Shown: piece by piece, positions 18,215 to 26,159 of the stretch
Position numbering within the stretch: position 1 is the stretch's first letter
How the letters are laid out: each line of letters opens with the position of its first letter
Origin: a virus
Length of the DNA stretch: 64,000 bases
IMG/VR virus record: IMGVR_UViG_3300007735_000799
Span: 32,001 to 96,000 of that record
Direction: 5' to 3' (one strand)
Position numbers and translations under genes: made by a program
Notes under the pieces: generated by a model
The model's database searches: none
Told to the model about the DNA's origin: nothing
The model's input: the letters and a program-made list of their open reading frames with translations, nothing else

Positions 18215-19273
18215 TTAGGTGAAAATATTATTGAGTTGACGGTTAACTCGGACAAATGTTGTACATTTTGGCAAGTCCTTCAGACGAGCAGCACCAACAT
18301 AAGTGCAAGCCGAACGAACTCCACCAAGAATCTGTTGAATCACTCCTGAAACAGGCCCAACAGGCTTGACAAGTACTCGCTTGCCTTCTGCTGCACGATA
18401 GGTTGCCACGCCGCCTGAATGCTTTTCCATTGCTGTAGCGGAACTCATGCCGTAGAACTCCTTGCCGTCCTCGGTTTCTTCGCCTGCGGCTTCATCGGTT
18501 CCTGCAAACATACCACCAATCATTACAAAGTCTGCGCCCGCGCCGAACGCCTTGGCTACATCACCGGGGCAGGTGCATCCGCCGTCAGACAGCACATAGC
18601 CGCCTAGCCCGTGTGCAGCATCAGCACACTCCATGATGCATGACAACTGCGGGTAGCCCACACCAGCAACCTTGCGTGTCGTGCAGACTGATCCTGGCCC
18701 AATTCCAATCTTGACAATGTTTGCACCTGCAATAATCAGGGCTTCAGTCATTTCTCGCGTCACCACATTGCCTGCAATTAGAATGTGATCGGGAAACAAC
18801 CCACGAATGGTACGAACATAATTCACAAACTTTTCCGTGTACCCGTTAGCCACATCAATACAGATAAACTTGATGGACTTGTGGCGGTTGAGAATTCGTT
18901 CAGCCTTTTGAATCTCTTGCATACTAGAATTAGCATCGCCCATGCCCAAGGTGTACACCACATTAGGCGACCAATTAACATGAGAGGTTAACCAGTCGGT
19001 CATAAAGGTATCCCATTCGGCTTCGGTGTAATACTTATGAACACCGCATAGAGCATTGAATTCTGCTAGACTCTTAGCCATCTCAAATGTGCCAACTGTA
19101 TCCATGTTGGCAGCAACAACAGGAACGCCTGTCCACTCTTGTTCCATGTTGTCTGGAAGTTTAAATTTAAATGTTCGTTCAACATCAACCTTGCTACGAC
19201 TATCCAAATTGCTTCGCTTTGGACGAATAAGAACATCTGCAAAATCAAGTTTCACATCATCTTCAATTTTCAT
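18215..19273 (-). CDS. guaC: GMP reductase
   Basis: [55 protein letters not shown]; no CBS domains. Confidence 0.92.
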   Translation of the reverse strand: MKIEDDVKLDFADVLIRPKRSNLDSRSKVDVERTFKFKLPDNMEQEWTGVPVVAANMDTVGTFEMAKSLAEFNALCGVHKYYTEAEWDTFMTDWLTSHVNWSPNVVYTLGMGDANSSMQEIQKAERILNRHKSIKFICIDVANGYTEKFVNYVRTIRGLFPDHILIAGNVVTREMTEALIIAGANIVKIGIGPGSVCTTRKVAGVGYPQLSCIMECADAAHGLGGYVLSDGGCTCPGDVAKAFGAGADFVMIGGMFAGTDEAAGEETEDGKEFYGMSSATAMEKHSGGVATYRAAEGKRVLVKPVGPVSGVIQQILGGVRSACTYVGAARLKDLPKCTTFVRVNRQLNNIFT

Positions 19274-19279
19274 GGGTTT

Positions 19280-20269
19280 TCACTTTATGAAAGGTGCGTA
19301 ATCCGAATCAAACATCATGCGAGCAAGAGTAGGCATATCACACTTTGGTTCCCAACTCAATACTCGCTTTGCTTTGGCGGGATTGCCCAACAGATACGGA
19401 ACTTCGTTTGGTCGGAACAGTCTTGGATCAATCTCCACATACTTATTGTAGTCTCCAAGTCCTGCGTAGTCAAATACAACTTCCAAGAATTCACGAACAG
19501 TATGAGTTCGGTTGGTGGCAATCACATAATCATCAGGGATGCTTTGCTGAAGCATCAACCACATGGCTTCCACATAATCTCCAGCAAATCCCCAGTCTCG
19601 CTTAGAGTCAAGATTTCCAAGGAACAGTTTGTTTTGCAAACCTGCCTTGATCTTGGCTGCTGCCATAGTGATCTTTCTAGTCACAAAAGTTTCTCCACGA
19701 CGAGGACTTTCGTGATTGAACAGAATACCTGATGAAGCGTGAAGTTCGTATGCGTTACGATACACTCGGGTCATGTGATGAGCGTGAAGTTTAGCAACAG
19801 CATACGGAGATACCGGCATCATTCGGCTAGTTTCAGTATAACCATGCTTATCGTAATCATCACTATCACCGTACATCTCGGACGAAGACGCCTGATAGTA
19901 ACGAGTAGCAGGACTCACAGTTCGTATCGCTTCAAGAATCTTAAGACTGCCTTGAGCAATACCATCTGAAGTATACTCAGGCACATCAAACGAAACTGCA
20001 ACATGTGACTGAGCAGCGATATTGTAAAACTCGTTCGGCTGATACTTGTCCAACAGATGCACAATCGCCGCTCCGTCTGAGAGGTCATAGTAGTGCATCT
20101 TGAATTGTGAGTTTGAGATTGGATTGTCGTAGATGTGATCTACTCGTCCAGTATTGATAGACGAAGTTCTACGCTTCAAGCCTACCACATAGTAACCTTT
20201 GGAAATTAAAAGGTCAGCAAGGTAAGAACCGTCCTGACCGTTAACACCAGTTATCATCGCTGTCTTCAT
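19280..20269 (-). CDS. gmd: GDP-mannose 4,6-dehydratase
   Basis: ITGVNGQDGSYLA, AAQSHV, YQASSSEMYG, SPYAVAK, LFNHESPRRGETFVTRKI. Confidence 0.96.
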   Translation of the reverse strand: MKTAMITGVNGQDGSYLADLLISKGYYVVGLKRRTSSINTGRVDHIYDNPISNSQFKMHYYDLSDGAAIVHLLDKYQPNEFYNIAAQSHVAVSFDVPEYTSDGIAQGSLKILEAIRTVSPATRYYQASSSEMYGDSDDYDKHGYTETSRMMPVSPYAVAKLHAHHMTRVYRNAYELHASSGILFNHESPRRGETFVTRKITMAAAKIKAGLQNKLFLGNLDSKRDWGFAGDYVEAMWLMLQQSIPDDYVIATNRTHTVREFLEVVFDYAGLGDYNKYVEIDPRLFRPNEVPYLLGNPAKAKRVLSWEPKCDMPTLARMMFDSDYAPFIK

Positions 20270-20313
20270 AGTTTCCTCATGGTTAAAAGATCATTTAGTG
20301 ACGAGTTTATTTA

Positions 20314-20419
20314 GACGGGGATGCGGGAATCGAACCCGCCGCTAGTGAATTATCTATAATCATTTCATCAGCGATTCTACCGATGGCTGTTACTCCTTCA
20401 ACCAAAGAACTCTCCCCGT
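20314..20419 (-). ncRNA. atypical tRNA-like RNA, 106 nt
   Basis: ACGGGGA/TCCCCGT acceptor-like stem and perfect T-arm GCGGG-TTCGATT-CCCGC, but non-canonical interior. Confidence 0.5.
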
Positions 20420-20550
20420 AAAGAAAGGCGGTAGACCTGTGGCTTTGCTAGTCGCGCCTAACAAAGCCTGTAACTACGCCTCCAGACTGAACCACATATG
20501 TGCGGGCAGTTCGTGGTTTTTGGTGAGATTAACGGTCGCCACCAAGGTTT
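20420..20550 (-). ncRNA. structured non-coding segment
   Basis: Stems GGCTTTGTTAG/CTAGCAAAGCC, GGCGTAG/CTACCGCC, AACCAC/GTGGTT, TTGGTG/CACCAA; no ORF. Confidence 0.4.
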
Positions 20551-20554
20551 TAAG

Positions 20555-20626
20555 TGACCCCAACGGGACTCGAACCCGTGTCAGAAGAGTGAAAGTCTTC
20601 GATCCTTGCCGCTAGACGATGGGGCC
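20555..20626 (-). tRNA. tRNA-Glu(TTC)
   Basis: GGCCCCA/TGGGGTC, GAAGA-CTTTCAC-TCTTC. Confidence 0.93.
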
Positions 20627-20645
20627 AAGTAACTTCAACTAGAGT

Positions 20646-20673
20646 ATTATATCGTGCAAACCATCCCTGTCAA
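20646..20673 (-). promoter_or_regulatory. sigma70-type promoter for tRNA-Glu and downstream RNAs
   Basis: TTGACA-16 nt-TATAAT. Confidence 0.7.
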
Positions 20674-20677
20674 GGGA

Positions 20678-21040
20678 TTAAGACAAACGAAGCAGATATT
20701 TTGTCTGATTCAGAGCAGCAAGCATCTCGTCACGAATATTCAAAAGATCGGTGTCAGCCGTCTGATCCAACTTTGTTGGTAGTTCGTGAGTCAAGTAGTA
20801 GATGGCAGCGTTAATCACACCCAAGGAGTTTGAATCCTTGTAGTTGTTAACATTGAAACTAAAACTTGGGTTGCCTAAAGTGTTGCCGTATTTGCCTGTG
20901 TGAACTTCCACAAACTGGTCAACCAATCCATCAAGATCTTCATAAGCCTTTCCTAAAGCCTTATGCTCGGCATAAGACCTGGTTTGCCAGTGAAGAACTC
21001 GTAATTGAGATTGAAGTTGTAGAAAGAATGTTACGCACAT
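20678..21040 (-). CDS. ferritin/Dps-like four-helix protein (DUF5856-like)
   Basis: LHWQTRSYAEHKALGKAYEDLDGLVDQFVE...IRDEML. Confidence 0.7.
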   Translation of the reverse strand: MCVTFFLQLQSQLRVLHWQTRSYAEHKALGKAYEDLDGLVDQFVEVHTGKYGNTLGNPSFSFNVNNYKDSNSLGVINAAIYYLTHELPTKLDQTADTDLLNIRDEMLAALNQTKYLLRLS

Positions 21041-21064
21041 GGTCTAGTATATAGCATTCCGAAG

Positions 21065-21149
21065 CGGGCAGAGAAGGATTCGAACCCTCGGAGGCATTCA
21101 CCTCGGCGGTTTAGTAAACCGCTGCATTAGACCACTCTGCCATCTGCCC
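21065..21149 (-). tRNA. tRNA-Ser(ACT)
   Basis: GGGCAGA/TCTGCCC, G73, long arm, GCGGT-TTACTAA-ACCGC. Confidence 0.88.
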
Positions 21150-21154
21150 AAAAG

Positions 21155-21227
21155 TGACGAAGATTGGAATTGAACCAATGACTTATTCCGTATGAAAGAA
21201 TTGTTCTACCATCTGAACTACTTCGTC
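21155..21227 (-). tRNA. tRNA-Met/Ile2(CAT), non-initiator
   Basis: GACGAAG/CTTCGTC, ATTCT-TTCATAC-GGAAT; paired 1-72 and no triple GC stem. Confidence 0.85.
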
Positions 21228-21256
21228 AAAGCGTAGTGTGGGAATTACCCAAAAAG

Positions 21257-21337
21257 TGCGTCGTGTAGGACTCGAACCTACGAAGTCAAAGACAACAGAT
21301 TTACAGTCTGTCCCAGTTGCCGCTTTGGTAACGACGC
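21257..21337 (-). tRNA. tRNA-Tyr(GTA)
   Basis: GCGTCGT/ACGACGC, ACAGA-CTGTAAA-TCTGT, long arm. Confidence 0.93.
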
Positions 21338-21341
21338 TTAA

Positions 21342-21429
21342 CGGGCAGGGAGGGATTCGAACCCCCGGTAGGCTATTCACCTACTGATGCTTTCAAGGCA
21401 ACCGCGATAGACCACTCTGCCACCTGCCC
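21342..21429 (-). tRNA. tRNA-Ser(TGA)
   Basis: GGGCAGG/CCTGCCC, loop CTTGAAA, long arm, G73. Confidence 0.9.
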
Positions 21430-21440
21430 AAATTTTAAAA

Positions 21441-21656
21441 TTACTTAGTGTCTTCCGTCAAAAAAATCTTGCTTTCATTCATGCCTTGTGCAGCATTGAA
21501 AACAATCTTCTTTTCTGCTTCTGCATATCCTTGACGATACTCTGACCAATACGGTTGAGATTGGGCTTGAGTTACAGATTTGTCTGCTCGCCCTGCCATA
21601 CGATCCGAGTATCCGTCTTTGAATCCTTGTCCAGGAATATAATTGATTGTATTCAT
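21441..21656 (-). CDS. small hypothetical protein
   Basis: GGAG RBS then MNTINY; GFKDGYSD...YRQGY motif. Confidence 0.5.
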   Translation of the reverse strand: MNTINYIPGQGFKDGYSDRMAGRADKSVTQAQSQPYWSEYRQGYAEAEKKIVFNAAQGMNESKIFLTEDTK

Positions 21657-21672
21657 TGTGATCTCCGTAAAA

Positions 21673-21745
21673 TGGATCGAAGAGGACTCGAACCTCCAAC
21701 CCATGCCTTGCAAAGGCATTGTTCTCCCAATTGAACTATCGACCC
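21673..21745 (-). tRNA. tRNA-Ala(TGC)
   Basis: GGGTCGA/TCGATCC with G3:U70, ATGCC-TTTGCAA-GGCAT; 5' end overlaps last codons of upstream ORF. Confidence 0.93.
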
Positions 21746-21945
21746 GTAAAATCTATCCCGTCAATCTTTGTGAAAGAGGCTGCGTAATCATTGGCTCGCT
21801 TCCAAAGATCGCCGTCAATCTCTTTCACATACTCAGCAAACTTCAATCCAAACAACATGATAGCCTGATGATATCGCTTAACCGTTTCAGGATCACGAAT
21901 CTCATTGCCGTCATCGTCTGTAGGATAGAAGTTGTACTTTTCCAT
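21736..21945 (-). CDS. small hypothetical protein
   Basis: GGAG RBS then MEKYNF. Confidence 0.5.
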   Translation of the reverse strand: MEKYNFYPTDDDGNEIRDPETVKRYHQAIMLFGLKFAEYVKEIDGDLWKRANDYAASFTKIDGIDFTGR

Positions 21946-21959
21946 ATTTGTCTCCAAAA

Positions 21960-22030
21960 TTGCCCGACCTAGATTCGAACTAGGACAAAGAGAACCAAAG
22001 TCTCTCGTGCTACCGTTACACTATCGGGCA
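21960..22030 (-). tRNA. tRNA-Gln(TTG)
   Basis: TGCCCGA/TCGGGCA, AGAGA-CTTTGGT-TCTCT. Confidence 0.93.
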
Positions 22031-22058
22031 GGTGCATTCCTGCACTAGACGCTCGCTA

Positions 22059-22271
22059 TTAGCAAGCGGCGTTGTTACCGCCGAACAGTCCCATCACCAC
22101 ATTGGCGACAACGACCACGGCATTCTTCAGCCATACTGCACCGTTCCAAGCGAACGGAAGCAGAGCGAGGGTAATCAACATGCTACGATTGATGTAAACC
22201 TTTGAGAGAAGGCAAGACAACTTATCACAGCCACCAGTAACAGGGCATGAGCCCGATTCAAACTTAGCCAT
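22059..22271 (-). CDS. small membrane protein with N-terminal CPxxxxC
   Basis: AGGAG RBS; hydrophobic C-terminal half. Confidence 0.55.
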   Translation of the reverse strand: MAKFESGSCPVTGGCDKLSCLLSKVYINRSMLITLALLPFAWNGAVWLKNAVVVVANVVMGLFGGNNAAC

Positions 22272-22319
22272 TTTTTTCTCCTTATGTAAAAGTTAATTGG
22301 GGATGGCGATCCCCTGCAA

Positions 22320-22676
22320 TCAGTTACGCTTCTTGCTCTTACGAGAAACCTTGGTCTTACCCTTGGTTCCTGTGTAATTCTCAAGATCGTAATCCTGACT
22401 TTCATAGACCTTATCAGTAAGGTCTTCAATCATGGTTGAAAGCATGTCAATGTTATCGTTGAATTCTCTTCGCACATCGTTAATCTGCGAATGCATTTCA
22501 AAACGAAGACTGGAAATTTCCGAATCAATCTTTTTGTTCATCTCTTCGTAAACACCACTAATGGTCTTCTGATTCTCATCGTCACGCTTCTTGGAAGAAG
22601 TAACAAGACTTCCAATGAAACTAAATGCGTTAGCGGCGAGAGAAACACCAAGCAATCCATAAAGGTAAGTATCCAT
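22320..22676 (-). CDS. membrane-anchored coiled-coil protein
   Basis: N-terminal TM segment then heptad-like region; AGGAG RBS. Confidence 0.55.
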   Translation of the reverse strand: MDTYLYGLLGVSLAANAFSFIGSLVTSSKKRDDENQKTISGVYEEMNKKIDSEISSLRFEMHSQINDVRREFNDNIDMLSTMIEDLTDKVYESQDYDLENYTGTKGKTKVSRKSKKRN

Positions 22677-22726
22677 ACTGTATTCTCCTTTCAAGAGAAG
22701 GTGAGTTTATTTAGACCCGCTATCCA

Positions 22727-23086
22727 TTATAGCAGACCAAAACTTTTAATCAAGTCTGTATTTGAGTGTTCTATTTGATGACAGTTAGCACACAACAATT
22801 CGCATTTTGAAAGTTCGTTATATCTTTCTTTTGTCAACAAACCGTTTCCATTTAATTCGTGGGATTTTTGTGATGGGTCTTTGTGATGAAAATGAAATAC
22901 ACCCGGATGACCTTTAAACCCACATCTTTGACATTTACCACCCAACAATTCAACAAACTCAATTTTTGTCTTCCATCTTCTTTTAGAAACTGCACAAGAA
23001 CCACATATAGTTCTTCTGCTTTTTTTCTTTGATTGTTTAGATGGATGAGATTTAAATTCCTTGTTACAGTGTTTGCATTTGTTCAT
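22727..23086 (-). mobile_element. free-standing HNH endonuclease with Zn-finger motifs
   Basis: CKHC..CGSC, CQRCG...FHFHHKDP...CELLCANCHQIEH; CTAAATA late promoter at 23109..23115. Confidence 0.85.
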
Positions 23087-23125
23087 AGATTAGCACACTC
23101 CTCTAATCTATTTAGTATCCTAAAG

Positions 23126-23383
23126 TGCTCCGGGTGGGACTCGAACCCACAACCTACCGATTAACTTACCACTTCGGCTTACGCCGCCCTTGCGGTTTGT
23201 GGTCTGGACTTTGCCTTCATCCGTTCTGGATGCCCGCCGTCAAGTCTCTACACCTTCCCTTTCGGGCTTGGCTCGGCGTTGGGTCTTTCAACCGTCCACC
23301 GAATTTGACGAGTTTCATGTTTTGTATTCCTACAAAACTGCTCCTATTGAAGTCGGCTACTCTACCAATTGAGTTACCAGAGC
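23126..23383 (-). tRNA. tRNA-Lys(TTT), intron-containing (exons 23350..23383 and 23126..23164)
   Basis: Joined exons give GCTCTGG/CCGGAGC acceptor and GCCGA-CTT|TTAA-TCGGT anticodon arm. Confidence 0.9.
23165..23349 (-). mobile_element. group I intron (IC3-like), 185 nt, no ORF
   Basis: P/Q/R/S-like elements AAATTCGGTGGA, AACGCCGAGCCAAG, GTAGAGACTTGACG, GAAGGCAAAGTCCA; U before 5' splice site and terminal G. Confidence 0.9.
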
Positions 23384-23398
23384 ATATTAACTTGTAAG

Positions 23399-23473
23399 CG
23401 TTCCTGATAGGATTTGAACCTATGACCTGATGCTTAGAAGGCATCTGCACTATCCGGGCTGTGCTACAGGAAC
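23399..23473 (-). tRNA. tRNA-Arg(TCT)
   Basis: GTTCCTG/CAGGAAC, GATGC-CTTCTAA-GCATC. Confidence 0.93.
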
Positions 23474-23481
23474 TTAGTTTT

Positions 23482-23754
23482 TTAAGATTCCTGTTTTATA
23501 CTTTTAACAGAATCCAATGTGAAACTGCGCCAAGCACTCTTATCCAAATCCCAAACGGAAATGGTGGTATCGCTCTTCTTTCTAGGAGTCTTCGCTGTTG
23601 TGGATTCAACAACAGGAAGAACAGGAAGATGCTCGGTCTTCAAGGTGCAGCGCATCACTCGTTCAGAACCATCACGCTTGGTGAAGGTAACAACACAAAT
23701 GTTGTTGTGCAAAATTGCGCTGTATTCGTTTCGCTTATCTTCGGTGGTAATCAT
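23482..23754 (-). CDS. DUF2693/WYL_2-like SH3-fold protein
   Basis: VTFTKRDGSERVMRCTL...VWDLDKSAWRSF. Confidence 0.8.
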   Translation of the reverse strand: MITTEDKRNEYSAILHNNICVVTFTKRDGSERVMRCTLKTEHLPVLPVVESTTAKTPRKKSDTTISVWDLDKSAWRSFTLDSVKSIKQES

Positions 23755-23774
23755 CGTCGCGTTTCCTTGTCGTC

Positions 23775-23803
23775 AGTATACTTCATATAAGCCGACCATG
23801 CAA
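23775..23803 (-). promoter_or_regulatory. sigma70-type promoter
   Basis: TTGCAT-17 nt-TATACT. Confidence 0.6.
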
Positions 23804-23851
23804 GAGTAATTGCTACAAAAACCAAAAGAAAAAATGTAACTGCGGAATCCA

Positions 23852-24061
23852 TTATTGATCCAACTTGTTATCGCTCAACCCACGAAACAATCCACTAAAG
23901 AATGCGTGTGTAAAGAAAAACGCTAGTGGAATCCATAGTGGAGAAAGAGTCCATCGCCAAGACCAATCCAATTGATCCATAACCTTCAGCACCACCAAAG
24001 TAATGGTGGAAGCGGCGGCGGCTGTTGCAACACTATTAAATGTATTGTTGGTTTGTTCCAT
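23852..24061 (-). CDS. small membrane protein
   Basis: LKVMDQLDWSWRWTLSPLWIP two-TM pattern. Confidence 0.6.
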   Translation of the reverse strand: MEQTNNTFNSVATAAAASTITLVVLKVMDQLDWSWRWTLSPLWIPLAFFFTHAFFSGLFRGLSDNKLDQ

Positions 24062-24088
24062 GTGGTATATCTTACCACACAAATCAGG

Positions 24089-24508
24089 TTAAGTCAAGGC
24101 TCTTCTGATTGCATTTCCTCTAGCAAGCAAAGGTAATTTTAAATCAGTAGAACCCTTCATTTTTGAAATTGATTTATAAACTTTACGAAGTGCTTTCAAT
24201 GAATTTTTACTTTCGTGAATCTCTACCGCTTGCTTATCACCGTCTGTGGCTAAAGCAACCCATCCACCGCTTCTACGCTTTTTTAAAGTTCCGTAGAAAC
24301 GACGCATGGCTCCTGTGGGTTCACGAAGTGCCCAATCGTAAGATTCTTTACCTACGCGATAATCTCGGTGTTTTTTAACCATAACAGTAATGCAAGGTTT
24401 TTCGTGACGCATATCTGTGGGACGAATAACAATTGTGCCTGATGGTTCCACAGGTTTGTCTTCATCTGCTCCAGTTAATCTGTCCCACAAATCTCTAAAA
24501 CTTGCCAT
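24089..24508 (-). CDS. hypothetical protein
   Basis: Uninterrupted ORF in gene-dense strand. Confidence 0.55.
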   Translation of the reverse strand: MASFRDLWDRLTGADEDKPVEPSGTIVIRPTDMRHEKPCITVMVKKHRDYRVGKESYDWALREPTGAMRRFYGTLKKRRSGGWVALATDGDKQAVEIHESKNSLKALRKVYKSISKMKGSTDLKLPLLARGNAIRRALT

Positions 24509-24513
24509 TTGAT

Positions 24514-24708
24514 TTATTTACCGTAGTTTGGTTTTTTACGAGAATAAGGAGAAACTTCTATTGCTACAGAAACTTTTTCATCGTTTATTGGAGAAGCAGC
24601 AACAACTTTAAGAAGAGGCAATCCTGGTCTGTCTATAACAGTTCCAAAAAGTAAAAAATTATTGTATATTTCATTTGGAATAGAAACATTGACTACTTTT
24701 TTAGGCAT
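24514..24708 (-). CDS. small hypothetical protein
   Basis: AGGAG RBS, fills gap. Confidence 0.45.
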   Translation of the reverse strand: MPKKVVNVSIPNEIYNNFLLFGTVIDRPGLPLLKVVAASPINDEKVSVAIEVSPYSRKKPNYGK

Positions 24709-24735
24709 AGAATATCTCCTTTAAGTATATTGCTA

Positions 24736-25542
24736 TCATAGTGTTTCCACTAATTGCTTAAGTTTCATGTAAACTCTAGATTGAACCATGACACTATTCT
24801 TAGCATTTTGTATATGAACATATCCTTTTTTGATGGCATCGTTGTCTAGTTTTATGTTACTAATTCTATCAGAATCATCACCATCCAAATATGTTGTTAC
24901 AGTAATTCCATATTTTTTTGCTAAAAACCATAAGTAATATTGCTCGGATATTGTGGCTGGCATCCATGTTTTTTCTTTATACATCACTTCAAATACATCT
25001 TTATTTTTTGCGTCTAAACTGAAATCCAAAGCACTCTTTGCATATTTTTTTATAAACTCATAATTTGTTCCACCAAAAATTCCCATGTTGTATGCTTTAT
25101 GTGTCTTATCTGGCAATTCAAATTCATATTTCTCACCTATGTTAGCATAAAATTTTTCAAGTTTATAATTATTGTATGCGTAAACTTCTGTACTCTGAAC
25201 CACAATATCATTTTGTATAAACTCTTCAGGAATAGGTTTCATTAAAAGAACATCGTAATCTATATGTAAAAATGGTTCTTCTTTTTCTGCCAATAGTTTA
25301 TAAGCATACAGTTTACCTAATGCCCAGTTACGATTTTCAACTCCATCAAAAACATCCAAATCTGTTGTTATGTTTGTGAATGGAGCATCTCGGAATAGAT
25401 CTTTACTTTTACTATCCGTAATAAGTGTTATTTCTTTATAGTGTTTCACGGCATAACTTGCGGATAGTTTATGCAACCCCAAAACATATTCGTTGGGTGT
25501 TTTTTGATATCCACCAGACCAATAAGACATATAAACCTTCAT
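24736..25542 (-). CDS. DUF6734-like putative glycosyltransferase
   Basis: ITLITDS...WALGKLYAY...EPFLHIDYDV (DxD)...YNMGIFGG. Confidence 0.65.
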   Translation of the reverse strand: MKVYMSYWSGGYQKTPNEYVLGLHKLSASYAVKHYKEITLITDSKSKDLFRDAPFTNITTDLDVFDGVENRNWALGKLYAYKLLAEKEEPFLHIDYDVLLMKPIPEEFIQNDIVVQSTEVYAYNNYKLEKFYANIGEKYEFELPDKTHKAYNMGIFGGTNYEFIKKYAKSALDFSLDAKNKDVFEVMYKEKTWMPATISEQYYLWFLAKKYGITVTTYLDGDDSDRISNIKLDNDAIKKGYVHIQNAKNSVMVQSRVYMKLKQLVETL

Positions 25543-25562
25543 AATTATAACTCCTATTTGTT

Positions 25563-25877
25563 TTATCGTTTGGCTGTTTGCCAGTCTGGAACTTGCGGGA
25601 GTGATTGGTCAGCAACTGCTTCTTTAGCATTTGCTCCTGCGGCTTTTAGCCACTTTGCAACTGTTTCTCTGCGTCGTTCCGCATGTAAAGCATTCTCAAC
25701 TTCCCAAGCAAATTTCTTGTGACGAATTTTCTTTTTGTCTATATCGTCTGTGCCTTCAAAATCTTCCACATCAAAATCAGCGGGAATCACATCAGCAAAA
25801 AATCCAAGACCATAATTGAAAATGGCTGTACTATTGCCTGCGCCTTCTTCCTTGATGTAATTCTTAAAAGACTTCAT
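25563..25877 (-). CDS. candidate internal head protein
   Basis: Starts MKSFKNYIKE-E, capsid-targeting-like. Confidence 0.6.
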   Translation of the reverse strand: MKSFKNYIKEEGAGNSTAIFNYGLGFFADVIPADFDVEDFEGTDDIDKKKIRHKKFAWEVENALHAERRRETVAKWLKAAGANAKEAVADQSLPQVPDWQTAKR

Positions 25878-26149
25878 TACTCAGATTTAGGAGTTTTAAT
25901 TTCTTCTGTTTCTTCTTCTTTGCAAGGTGTCTTAAAATATTGATTATAAGCCCACACCACAACCAAGAACACAACAGGCAGATACCATAGAATCCATCCC
26001 CAATTAGTTGTTAGATGGGCGTTGTTTGTAATTTCCCATTGAAGTTTCTTCATCACCACATTGTCTTTCGTGGTATCAGGAACAATAACTGGTGCTGTGC
26101 TGCAAGCCGTTAAAACGAGTGAAGCGATTAGTCCGATTAGGTATTTCAT
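25877..26149 (-). CDS. lipoprotein with C-terminal TM helix
   Basis: MKYLIGLIASLVLTA-C lipobox; WGWILWYLPVVFLVVVWAY. Confidence 0.65.
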   Translation of the reverse strand: MKYLIGLIASLVLTACSTAPVIVPDTTKDNVVMKKLQWEITNNAHLTTNWGWILWYLPVVFLVVVWAYNQYFKTPCKEEETEEIKTPKSE

Positions 26150-26159
26150 GTTTACTCCT

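Noticed and set aside
20314-20550. tmRNA or tRNA-Sec
   Set aside because: No G3:U70, too short for tmRNA with no tag ORF; no UCA anticodon
21155-21227. Initiator tRNA-fMet
   Set aside because: G1-C72 is paired and the anticodon stem lacks three consecutive G-C pairs
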